From sequence record OZ195776.1: a stretch of 64,000 nucleotides of DNA; one strand, 5' to 3'. This document shows, piece after piece, positions 34,844 to 42,587 of the stretch. The translations under genes and the position numbers were made by a program. Under the pieces are notes generated by a model that ran no database searches, had not been told where the DNA came from, and saw only the letters and a list, made by a program, of their open reading frames with translations. How positions within the stretch are numbered: position 1 is the first letter of the stretch; every line of letters begins with the position of its first letter.

Positions 34844-35173
34844 TTAAAACTGTTCACCTTTCGGCTCTTCGGTATTTAGAAGAGTAACCAAATCGTTTAG
34901 CGCATTATACTTGTTTATTTCAAGTTTTGTCGCTGGACGAAGGATTTCAGTGCTTTCCCAAGAATGAGATGTGTAGTGTTCAACATCATGAACCCAATCC
35001 CAATTGTGTAGATATGCACTATCCGGAAGTTTAATGGAATGTTTGAAGTTGGTTTTCAACTTACGTAAAAGAGTATCTGTGCTAACTGAGCCAGAGTAAA
35101 CCGCTTTTGCCAATTGTTCATCGGTAATTCGCAATTTTCTTGTAACCAGTTCGCTACCTTCAATCATGTTCAT
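34844..35173 (-). CDS. Hypothetical protein (paralog of the 35170 gene)
   Basis: Shared TDEQL..A...GS and LR.AT..EI..Y.A.N.L motifs. Confidence 0.7.
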   Translation of the reverse strand: MNMIEGSELVTRKLRITDEQLAKAVYSGSVSTDTLLRKLKTNFKHSIKLPDSAYLHNWDWVHDVEHYTSHSWESTEILRPATKLEINKYNALNDLVTLLNTEEPKGEQF

Positions 35174-35481
35174 TTCTTCATCCCGTATTCGTGACGTAGA
35201 ACATTGATTGCATCATAGATCGCAATCTCACCCATTGTTGCTTTGCGAAGAAACTTCTTCTCGATCCAGCGACCGGTACCATCCATATCTTGGTGGTAAT
35301 GCCAATTGCCGTGTTCTAAGAATGCTTCTTTACGAAGCTCACCTTGCTTGCGCAGGTTCAATCCAAGTTTGTCAATCAGAACCTCAGATGGTATAGAACC
35401 GTCTGAGAACGCTTCTAAGAGCTGTTCGTCTGTAACTTGAATCTCACAAGGAACAAGACGAGTACCTTTAATAGTATTCAT
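35170..35481 (-). CDS. Hypothetical protein (paralog of the 34844 gene)
   Basis: Same shared motifs; RBS gagg. Confidence 0.7.
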   Translation of the reverse strand: MNTIKGTRLVPCEIQVTDEQLLEAFSDGSIPSEVLIDKLGLNLRKQGELRKEAFLEHGNWHYHQDMDGTGRWIEKKFLRKATMGEIAIYDAINVLRHEYGMKK

Positions 35482-35500
35482 TATATCCTCTTTAAATGAG

Positions 35501-35576
35501 TGGCACGCCTGGAGGGATTCGAACCCACGACCCGAAACTTAGAAGGTTCCTGCTCTTCCAACTGAGCTACAAGCGC
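35501..35576 (-). tRNA. tRNA-Arg(TCT)
   Basis: Loop CTTCTAA; CCA. Confidence 0.93.
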
Positions 35577-35577
35577 A

Positions 35578-36051
35578 TTATTTCAACGTAAATTTCAAAT
35601 TGCGATAATTGTACTTAGAGCCGTTATTACGACAAGTGTTAGTCCAGAAGTCACTCCAATCAATTTTGACGGGACATTTATCTGATCCAACGCGAGTACA
35701 GAACACATCCAAGTGCGGATATTTCAATTGCAGGTTAGCTGCCGTTTGGCGAACTGCCAGTGCATGCTCAGTACGTCTTTTAGCAAGTTCTCTACGAGAG
35801 TACGTGTTTTGCCAAAAATGACTACGCCAAATATTAACACGCTTCTCATCCCAACCCATGCTAAACGAATGTTCAACATAACCAGATAATTTACCAGTTT
35901 TAGGGTCACGAGCGAATATTGCGTAACAACGATGTCGAGTGAAATCGGTTCGTTCATATTTGTCGCAGTTAATAACGTTACCTTTCTTGGTGGTACGAGA
36001 GTGTTTAATCATCGGACACCTCGAAAGATTTAAAGCGTTTATCGAACTCAC
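35578..36051 (-). CDS. Hypothetical basic protein (start may be MIKHSR)
   Basis: Long ORF between RNA genes. Confidence 0.6.
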   Translation of the reverse strand: MSSINALNLSRCPMIKHSRTTKKGNVINCDKYERTDFTRHRCYAIFARDPKTGKLSGYVEHSFSMGWDEKRVNIWRSHFWQNTYSRRELAKRRTEHALAVRQTAANLQLKYPHLDVFCTRVGSDKCPVKIDWSDFWTNTCRNNGSKYNYRNLKFTLK

Positions 36052-36190
36052 TTAGACAAGTATCAGCCCAAGACGTTGCTACGTCTTTTTCTCTGCAATC
36101 ATTTGCATTTGCTGTTGATGTCCACGCTCGAACCCACACATCACGACGTTGTTCTTCGTGACGAGCTTCTGCTTTTGTAAATTTTGGCAT
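36005..36190 (-). CDS. Hypothetical protein
   Basis: MPKFTKAEARHEEQRRDVW..., RBS gagg. Confidence 0.6.
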   Translation of the reverse strand: MPKFTKAEARHEEQRRDVWVRAWTSTANANDCREKDVATSWADTCLSEFDKRFKSFEVSDD

Positions 36191-36206
36191 TTTAATTTCC
36201 TCTTGA

Positions 36207-36475
36207 TGCCCCACCGTGGATTCGAACCACGCAGTCCATTCATTTTCCTAATACGCAAGGGGCTTGTTAGATTTAGAACCTTAACGTCAATAGAAACTAC
36301 AATTCATCGCTTTCCTGGTGTTAATAACTAACACTGCTTTCACACCAGTAATTACTCAACTCTGTATCTCAATGAAACAAGTTCGTCGGTGAAATTGTCG
36401 TTAATTAGACGACGCATTCTCGGAACAAGTTAGTCTGAGCATGACCATGTCAACGGTCTCCAGTTAGAATGGGGC
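36207..36475 (-). ncRNA. tRNA-like RNA with a large internal domain (5' end uncertain)
   Basis: 3' CGTGG-TTCGAAT-CCACG-GTGGGGC-A pairs with GCCCCAT 270 nt upstream; a closer alternative is GCCCCTT at about 36265. Confidence 0.4.
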
Positions 36476-36497
36476 TTTGTTTAATACATAATGTAAT

Positions 36498-36616
36498 CGG
36501 CCGGTGTAGGACTCGAACCTACGACCACGAGCTTAACGGGCTATTGAGTTTAGTGTGCGGTATCGATTCTTGACAGAATCATTTCATACGTGCTCTACCA
36601 ACTGAGCTAACCGGCC
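36498..36616 (-). tRNA. tRNA-Asn(GTT) with a 46-nt insert (36543-36588) at position 28/29
   Basis: Removing the insert gives stem CG|AGC / GCTCG with loop CCGTTAA. Confidence 0.8.
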
Positions 36617-36626
36617 ATAATTTATT

Positions 36627-37034
36627 TTACTCTGATTTAACATCCAAAGTAAACAGTTTTGCATTGCTTTCTTTCATCGGTTGAACGCCGACTATTTCTT
36701 CTGCAAGTAACGATGGGACAACTTGCTTCGGAATTTTGACGGTAACGCCACTTTCCTTTGCTTGCTCGCGAAGTTCTTTTGAACGTTCACGTAACATTGC
36801 AAGATGTTCTTCACGTTTTGTTACTATGTCATCAAGGTGCTCGTCGATAGTACCGATTTCGTACTTCTCACCGTAAGCAAAGGCAGTATGCCAGTGAATC
36901 TTTTTAAATTCAGCAATCTGCTTGATGTCTTTGATGACGCGTACTTCGTCGTAAACCCAACCACAGTTGATACATTCAATTGCGATTTGATCTCCGTTTT
37001 CATCGAAGAATAAAGCGTTACTTGGTAAACTCAT
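36627..37034 (-). CDS. Hypothetical protein
   Basis: 135 aa ORF. Confidence 0.65.
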   Translation of the reverse strand: MSLPSNALFFDENGDQIAIECINCGWVYDEVRVIKDIKQIAEFKKIHWHTAFAYGEKYEIGTIDEHLDDIVTKREEHLAMLRERSKELREQAKESGVTVKIPKQVVPSLLAEEIVGVQPMKESNAKLFTLDVKSE

Positions 37035-37060
37035 AATATAATCTCACGAAATAAAACAAT

Positions 37061-37190
37061 TGGTAGAGGGTGCAGGATTCGAACCTGCGCCACGGAATTT
37101 AAGAGTTTCAATGCAATTTTGGTTGCCGCAACTATTCTTTCCAGAATAATGTTTGTGCTACGTGTGCTTGCCGTTTTACACCAACCCTCT
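37061..37190 (-). tRNA. tRNA-Lys(CTT)-like with a 51-nt insert (37110-37160) at position 28/29
   Basis: Removing the insert gives CG|GAA / TTCCG around A-CTCTTAA-A; CCA encoded. Confidence 0.7.
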
Positions 37191-37289
37191 ACGAATTGTT
37201 CTAGTTGATAGATTCTGAGTTCATCTTTCACACTCAAGGTTCTATCGGACCTGCGGCTAAGTGACTAAGCTTCGCCGTTAAAATAAACA

Positions 37290-37431
37290 GGATGTACAAA
37301 TCTTCTGGTGCGTTTTCCAATTCGCTACCTCCCCGTCGATACATTATTGGTGGGGAGGGTTGGGATTCGAACCCAACTCATCACAAAAGTGAACCAGTTC
37401 TACTCGATTAATATTACGCTGTAGACATCCT
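37290..37431 (-). tRNA. Circularly permuted class II tRNA (Leu-like) flanked by the split mini-intron
   Basis: Minus-strand order: intron 3' half, 3' exon (variable arm, T arm, CCA at 37348-37350), 13-nt linker, 5' exon GGGGAGGTAGCGAATTGGAAAACGCACC, intron 5' half. Confidence 0.7.
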
Positions 37432-37436
37432 TAAAT

Positions 37437-37515
37437 TGGCCAGTAGTAAGGGACTCGAACCCAAGCACGGACTCCACGAGGGCGACTGCTTTACCTAACA
37501 TAAGCTAAACTACTT
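37437..37515 (-). pseudogene. Degenerate tRNA (anticodon stem unpaired; possibly Arg TCG)
   Basis: Acceptor, D and T arms and CCA present; anticodon arm does not pair. Confidence 0.55.
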
Positions 37516-37522
37516 TCAAATT

Positions 37523-37641
37523 TGGCGCGTGTGACAGGACTCGAACCTGTGACCTCCGGCGGGATTAATGTAATTGCTGTAACGATTCATTACTGAATCC
37601 ATTTATTAGGCCGGCATTCTAACCAACTGAATTACACACGC
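37523..37641 (-). tRNA. tRNA-Asp-like with a 42-45 nt insert in the anticodon loop (about 37564-37608)
   Basis: Asp-type D arm (ATTC/GAAT), stem CCGGC/GCCGG; same insert consensus; possible mature loop CT-ATC-CC. Confidence 0.7.
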
Positions 37642-37659
37642 GATGTTAAAAACAATTTG

Positions 37660-37780
37660 AGCAGCGTACAGGATTCGAACCTGTGTTACCTCCTGGAAAT
37701 GGAATTAGCGTTAGTTGCTGAAAGCATCTTTACCAAGATACATTGCTTTTAGGTGTCCTAGGCCACTAGACGAACGCTGC
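37660..37780 (-). tRNA. tRNA-Glu(TTC) with a 48-nt insert (37704-37751) at position 28/29
   Basis: Removing the insert gives CC|TCC / GGAGG with loop ATTTCCA; Glu-type D arm. Confidence 0.8.
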
Positions 37781-37807
37781 TCAAATTGTTTTTATTAAGT
37801 CTTATTG

Positions 37808-37931
37808 CCGGCGGGGCTGGATTCGAACCAGCGACCTCGTGCTCCCTATGCAATTAATAATTGGTTGCGGTACCCAATCTTTTCAGATTGGTTTATTAAT
37901 ACGCGCGCTAACCTGACTGCGCTACCCGCCG
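37808..37931 (-). tRNA. tRNA-Pro(AGG) with a 49-nt insert (37853-37901) at position 28/29
   Basis: Removing the insert gives CG|TGC / GCACG with loop ATAGGGA; Pro-type body. Confidence 0.8.
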
Positions 37932-38010
37932 GCAATAAGACCTAATTGTGTTCATATCTTCCCAAAGAGACAGCAACGATATGACTGGGCTGCTTAATCA
38001 ACTTGCGGTT

Positions 38011-38039
38011 ACTATATAATCAAATGATTCAGAAGTAAA
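38011..38039 (-). promoter_or_regulatory. T4-early-type sigma70 promoter (tRNA cluster)
   Basis: Minus strand (G)TTTACT-17 nt-TATAGT. Confidence 0.7.
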
Positions 38040-38120
38040 CCGTTTTTTACATCTTCCTAAAAGAGGCGGTAACGATGTAACAGGACCGCTTTTGCAACCG
38101 TAGTTGCTTCAACAGGGCTT

Positions 38121-38149
38121 ACTATCTGATAGTTAATTTCAAAAGTAAA
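38121..38149 (-). promoter_or_regulatory. Second tandem early-type promoter
   Basis: Minus strand (G)TTTACT-17 nt-GATAGT. Confidence 0.6.
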
Positions 38150-38159
38150 CCGCTTTTTT

Positions 38160-38420
38160 CTACATCCGAGATGGATCAAGAATGATGCCAGCTTCGGATA
38201 CTCCACAACGTTGAGCTTCCTGCATATTTTGCAATTGGGCAACAGCGTGTTGAAGTTCTGTTAGAAGTTTTTCGTACATACTCTGATTGTCTTTTAGTAG
38301 CGCAATCTGATCCGACTGCATGCCAACAATGTAAGTCAACAGAATGACGTTTTCCGGATCGGTAAGTGATTCCGGATCTTCGTGGTACTTAGCAAGTACC
38401 AATTGAGTTTCATTATCCAT
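38160..38420 (-). CDS. Hypothetical coiled-coil protein
   Basis: Start re-assigned to MDNETQL (38420). Confidence 0.6.
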   Translation of the reverse strand: MDNETQLVLAKYHEDPESLTDPENVILLTYIVGMQSDQIALLKDNQSMYEKLLTELQHAVAQLQNMQEAQRCGVSEAGIILDPSRM

Positions 38421-38466
38421 AGTAAATCTCATTTGACAACAATTAATTTGTGATTTAATTATACGC

Positions 38467-38498
38467 AAAGAAAAAGCGGGATAAACCCGCTTCTTTTT
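38467..38498 (-). terminator. Rho-independent terminator
   Basis: Minus strand aagcggg-tttat-cccgctttttcttt. Confidence 0.75.
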
Positions 38499-38787
38499 AG
38501 TGATCTTCCGAACCGTATTCCCAATCGTCATACAATTCATCAGCACCCTTTTCGTTTCTTCCTACCCAGATATCTTCCGGTTCCAGAACATTCACATCAG
38601 AGCCATTTACAACGCCCCAGAACACGATATACTCGCCGTTACGTTTGATTGCTTTGAATACATAACTGTTCTTCGGAACTGCCTTAGAATCGAATCTACG
38701 GCGTTCTACGACCGTTTCGATAGCATGAGCAAGATTAACGAATCTCCAGTTCATAGTTGCTTCTGAATAGAAGTCCATAAAACCCAT
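38497..38787 (-). CDS. Hypothetical protein
   Basis: 96 aa ORF, RBS aggag. Confidence 0.65.
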   Translation of the reverse strand: MGFMDFYSEATMNWRFVNLAHAIETVVERRRFDSKAVPKNSYVFKAIKRNGEYIVFWGVVNGSDVNVLEPEDIWVGRNEKGADELYDDWEYGSEDH

Positions 38788-38789
38788 CG

Positions 38790-39218
38790 TTATCTCCTTG
38801 TAAGCAAGAAATTACCGTTGCTGAATGAATACGCATATCCAATATCGCCAGCAAATCGTCTAGTTAAACGCTCATAGAGTTTCTTACGTGACGGTTCGTT
38901 ATCTGCCGCCTCGAAGTACAAATACATTGGTTGGTGATCGTGTAGCACCTCACGTACACCAGCTAACACTGTTCCCAATACAGTCAACTCACTGCCCGTA
39001 CCAGTAATACTCATATCTTGACCACGATCTCCAATTAACGCGAAGCTAATCGTCATCATGTCTTTCTGATATTCATACGAGGTTGTTAGTACGTACGTTT
39101 CTCCACCCACTTCAAACTCACCGTGTGATTGGTCGTGGGTATAGTTGTTGCTGTGATTCCAACGAATTGGTACAGATCTCTTGAGCGCCTCAACCATGTA
39201 TGTTTGAAGCGTCTTCAT
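38790..39218 (-). CDS. Hypothetical protein, paralog family 1 of 3, capsid-targeting-like N-terminus
   Basis: MKTLQTYMVEA; shared F.VG..Y...V...V...P..F.A...SRKKLY.RL..RFA...GY domain. Confidence 0.75.
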   Translation of the reverse strand: MKTLQTYMVEALKRSVPIRWNHSNNYTHDQSHGEFEVGGETYVLTTSYEYQKDMMTISFALIGDRGQDMSITGTGSELTVLGTVLAGVREVLHDHQPMYLYFEAADNEPSRKKLYERLTRRFAGDIGYAYSFSNGNFLLTRR

Positions 39219-39219
39219 A

Positions 39220-39921
39220 TTACCATTCCTCGAATGTAGCGTAAGCGTCATCGATATCGTCAGTTACGTACGAATCATCTTGATCAAGAATAATGTGACG
39301 TTTGCTTGTACCACGAACCACACCTGAGATAACAACAACATCGAAGCCGTCTTGCGACATGCCAAGAATTACCATTTCTTTACCAGGTTTCAACCAACGG
39401 AACTCACGAACTTCGAATGGGAACATCAAATCGTTTGAGTTATCGATTGCCAATTGCACTTCTTCTTCTGTCCATTCTGCATCTTTGCGTTGTGCACGAA
39501 CAAGAGTGTATTTGTTGCGATCGATTGTAAATGTGTAACCAGCGTCTTCTGCAAAGCGCTTAACAAGACGGTCGTACAATTTCTTACGGCTATCTCGTTT
39601 GTCGTCATGTTCGTAAGCAGTGAAGAAAATCTTCGTCGGGCTCTTGCGATCAATGTACTCTTTCACAGCTTTTAAAACTGAGGTGATAACTTTTAGCGTT
39701 TCGCTTGGTGAACCAGTTACGTTATTCGCAGAGACATTCATTCTGCCGCGTTCATTAACAGAACCGTAAGCTACTTCGGTGTATCCACCAAAACCAGCAA
39801 ATTCAATCACATACTGCGTTGAACCAACACGGAAGTTCGCGTCGTTGTCGTTTTTCCATTGAATTGGTGCGGCTTTCGCTAAGTCAAGCGCTTCCACCAT
39901 AAATTGTTTAAAGTCGTTCAT
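39220..39921 (-). CDS. Hypothetical protein, paralog family 2 of 3
   Basis: MNDFKQFMVEA; same domain plus a C-terminal extension. Confidence 0.75.
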   Translation of the reverse strand: MNDFKQFMVEALDLAKAAPIQWKNDNDANFRVGSTQYVIEFAGFGGYTEVAYGSVNERGRMNVSANNVTGSPSETLKVITSVLKAVKEYIDRKSPTKIFFTAYEHDDKRDSRKKLYDRLVKRFAEDAGYTFTIDRNKYTLVRAQRKDAEWTEEEVQLAIDNSNDLMFPFEVREFRWLKPGKEMVILGMSQDGFDVVVISGVVRGTSKRHIILDQDDSYVTDDIDDAYATFEEW

Positions 39922-39925
39922 TTCA

Positions 39926-40705
39926 TTACCTATCGTATTCGATGCGATGCTTATCAAGCACCTTGTAAGTTTCTGGATTTTTGAAAGATGTGCGCATATG
40001 TTTGACGTAACCGTTGGAGTAACCGTTAGCAGCCATCATCTCTCCAATCATTTTATCCAACGTGTCGACGTAATCGCCAAGAGGACCGATATGAGATAGA
40101 TCAACCACACCAGTAGTTGGTTCGTCTTCCATTGGATGAATGTTTACCACAACACCACCTGCGCCATTCGAGAACATACCAACACGTTTTTGGTCATTCT
40201 GATAGTTGATATCGTACAACACGCCTTTTGGAGCGTCTTTAACCAAATCATATTGCATTTTGTTCTTGAACGTGGCTGTTGATAACGAGTAACCGTATTG
40301 TTTACCCATTTTCTTAAACAACATCGAATACAGACGTTCGCGCTTCTTACGAAACTCTTCGTTTGAATCAGGATATGCCCAAGTTTGAATGCGAGTTGGT
40401 GAACACCAATCCATTGCTTGTTTTGCTGCTTCAATAACTGTCGCGAAAACTTGCAAAGCGTTATCGGTGTCTGTTTGATCGTTTGTCCAATCTCGCTTAG
40501 ATGCATCGAACGCCATGAAATGAATTTCCATGAGGTCGCTGGTCTTTTCCTCTGTCACGCCGCGATGAATAACGATCGCTTTGTACATCACCTTACCAAC
40601 TTGAAATATCCCCTCAAGTGGTCGATCGGAACGAACAGCATTGCTTTTCCAAGTAATCCGAGCTGGTTTATCAAACGCTTCAGTTAAGAAGGTTCTGAAT
40701 TCCAT
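39926..40705 (-). CDS. Hypothetical protein, paralog family 3 of 3
   Basis: MEFRTFLTEA; same domain plus a different extension. Confidence 0.75.
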   Translation of the reverse strand: MEFRTFLTEAFDKPARITWKSNAVRSDRPLEGIFQVGKVMYKAIVIHRGVTEEKTSDLMEIHFMAFDASKRDWTNDQTDTDNALQVFATVIEAAKQAMDWCSPTRIQTWAYPDSNEEFRKKRERLYSMLFKKMGKQYGYSLSTATFKNKMQYDLVKDAPKGVLYDINYQNDQKRVGMFSNGAGGVVVNIHPMEDEPTTGVVDLSHIGPLGDYVDTLDKMIGEMMAANGYSNGYVKHMRTSFKNPETYKVLDKHRIEYDR

Positions 40706-40758
40706 TTGATTTCCTTTTAATATAGCTATATGGGACTACTTATACAAAAAGAGCGCCA

Positions 40759-41214
40759 TTAGGCGCTCTTCTCAACCCAGTCTAAATCCAGTGGTTCGCT
40801 ATACTCGTCAATTAAATTGATGGGTTGCGAAATGTCCAGTGGTTTGACTGCATCGTCATATGACAATGTTATGTGTGCGTTGTACTCAGGAAAATCGTGA
40901 GTACCGCCTGCATCGATTAAATCATCGTGTCGATTTTTCAACCCTTCCGATTTCAATTTAACGATGACTACTGACTTGCCTTCTTGATCTTTCCAACTAT
41001 CAACTCGATAGGCTTCCGCGTCATACGAGTTACCGGTAGATGGAACTTCAATCCCATTACGACTGTATAACACAGTCGCGTGAAACTTACTTGATTCAAG
41101 AGGATTGTTCAGTTTGAGCGTTTTCTGCAGCTCTTGTAACCATTCAGAGCTCGCAGAGTCTACTTTGACACCAACATAAGTGCCTTGGTTTTCAAGAAAC
41201 TGCTGAAACTTCAT
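40759..41214 (-). CDS. 57B: Anti-CBASS nuclease Acb1 (gp57B, 2H phosphoesterase)
   Basis: FHATVLYSR and HDFPEYNAHITLSY (two HxT motifs), EYSEPLDLDW C-terminus as in T4 57B. Confidence 0.9.
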   Translation of the reverse strand: MKFQQFLENQGTYVGVKVDSASSEWLQELQKTLKLNNPLESSKFHATVLYSRNGIEVPSTGNSYDAEAYRVDSWKDQEGKSVVIVKLKSEGLKNRHDDLIDAGGTHDFPEYNAHITLSYDDAVKPLDISQPINLIDEYSEPLDLDWVEKSA

Positions 41215-41483
41215 TACTCGCCTTCTGCTTCGGTCTCAACCGGTTCGTAAGCTGCAAGTTTTTCTTTTAGCTCAACAACACGATCGATGTAATTTTGTAG
41301 AGATTGTGCATCTTCGCCTTCGATAGAAAGCAATTCTGCTAGAATATTCACAAATTGAGAAATGTGCTGACGCTCACCGTTAAGAGCTTCTTGAAGATCG
41401 AATGTACGAACTTTCAGTTCTTTTAGTTGGCCGTTCAGCGCTTCAAATTGTTTTTCAGGGGTTTGTTGCATTTTAATCACCAT
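41214..41483 (-). CDS. 57A: Tail fibre assembly chaperone (gp57A-like)
   Basis: Coiled coil LKELKVRTFDLQE; immediately upstream of 57B as in T4. Confidence 0.7.
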   Translation of the reverse strand: MVIKMQQTPEKQFEALNGQLKELKVRTFDLQEALNGERQHISQFVNILAELLSIEGEDAQSLQNYIDRVVELKEKLAAYEPVETEAEGE

Positions 41484-41546
41484 TGTTTAAACAGGATGAG
41501 CTTTCGCTCGGATACATGTACTTAGATTTAAAATTGTATAGTAAAT

Positions 41547-41852
41547 CTACTCAGGATAAACTTCGTCGTTCATATAATCTGCAAAGTCATCTTCTTCTGC
41601 GGCAATACCGTCAAGTACGTTTAGCATATCCGAAATGCTTAACATATTGTGTTCCGCTAGTACAAAGTAGTAGACTTCGTCGTAACTTACCGAGTAGCCA
41701 AGCGATTTACTTGTTGTTAAAATAATTTCTGTTGCTTCCGAGTACGGGAATATTCTTTCTTTCGTATCGAAATCGTCTCCACCAGCTACGTCTGTCGGCT
41801 CATAACCGTAAGGCGCAAGTGAGTGGGCCAGTGCTTTAATGTGGTCATTCAT
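41547..41852 (-). CDS. Hypothetical acidic protein
   Basis: 101 aa ORF, RBS ggagg. Confidence 0.65.
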   Translation of the reverse strand: MNDHIKALAHSLAPYGYEPTDVAGGDDFDTKERIFPYSEATEIILTTSKSLGYSVSYDEVYYFVLAEHNMLSISDMLNVLDGIAAEEDDFADYMNDEVYPE

Positions 41853-42068
41853 AACGACCTCCGTTTGTTAATTGTGCATTCATAGTACAGCATCAACCAG
41901 CACGGATAAACCACAGCCCACTTGACCAGAACCACCATCCCTTATATAAATTATAAAATTATTAAAAGCCTTTTTTTAAACCCCTAATATAATAACTACT
42001 ATAAGAAGCTGGCGGATTTTAGCGCCAGTTCGTATTGGATTGGTGGTTTATAATCGCTAGTAAATCGA

Positions 42069-42587
42069 TTATGCTACTGGTCCAACTAAAGTTTTGCCGT
42101 CCATTAACATATCGAAATATGAATACTCGAATGTTACATCACAAGTAATTGCATCGACATCACCTTGTTCCGTATAAGTCCATTCAATATCCCCAATGGA
42201 TTTTGGAAAAGGATTGATAAACTTAAATGATGCCATTATCTTGTCCTTGTTATTATCAAGGATATGCAAAAGCATAGTAGCTGGAATCTTGCCTTCAAAT
42301 TCACTACCACCTGTTGGATTGTTCATTGTAAGCATCCAAGAAAGTAATTCCTTGTATGTTAAAAGTTCCTCGTCAACGATAAATGTGATAGTTAAGTCAT
42401 CGTAGCTAGTTGCAGAACCAGCTACATGATTGTTTGCAATCTTGGCATACTTCGGACCATTTACTATAGGAGCAATCTCTAGCGATACTCCTGGAATAGT
42501 CAAATTCTGAATCTGCCAAACGAAGTTATCAAATGCCGAATCTGGAATATCCAATCGGAAGTTGTTCTTCATTGCTAGATTTTTCAT
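42069..42587 (-). CDS. 3: Tail tube terminator / sheath stabilizer (gp3)
   Basis: NFRLDIP...Q...IPGVSL...YDDLTITFIVDEEL..YKEL..WM...F.Y.YF. Confidence 0.88.
   Translation of the reverse strand: MKNLAMKNNFRLDIPDSAFDNFVWQIQNLTIPGVSLEIAPIVNGPKYAKIANNHVAGSATSYDDLTITFIVDEELLTYKELLSWMLTMNNPTGGSEFEGKIPATMLLHILDNNKDKIMASFKFINPFPKSIGDIEWTYTEQGDVDAITCDVTFEYSYFDMLMDGKTLVGPVA

Noticed and set aside
36207-36475. tmRNA
   Set aside because: No GGGGC 5' end or G3-U70 pair, and no tag reading frame recognised.
29660-37931. ORF-track proteins overlapping tRNAs (e.g. 31305, 31364, 32079, 32466, 32991, 33002, 33603, 33688, 37031)
   Set aside because: They are translations of tRNA genes with no RBS or protein-like features.
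37950-37986. Plus-strand catatc-ttcccaaag-agacagcaac-gatatg resembling an orphan copy of the mini-intron core
   Set aside because: Opposite strand to the whole cluster, weak inner stem and no TA/AAT ends; chance cannot be excluded.
41935-42062. AT-rich intergenic tract as a replication origin
   Set aside because: No iterons or other support; explained by terminator and promoter sequence between genes.
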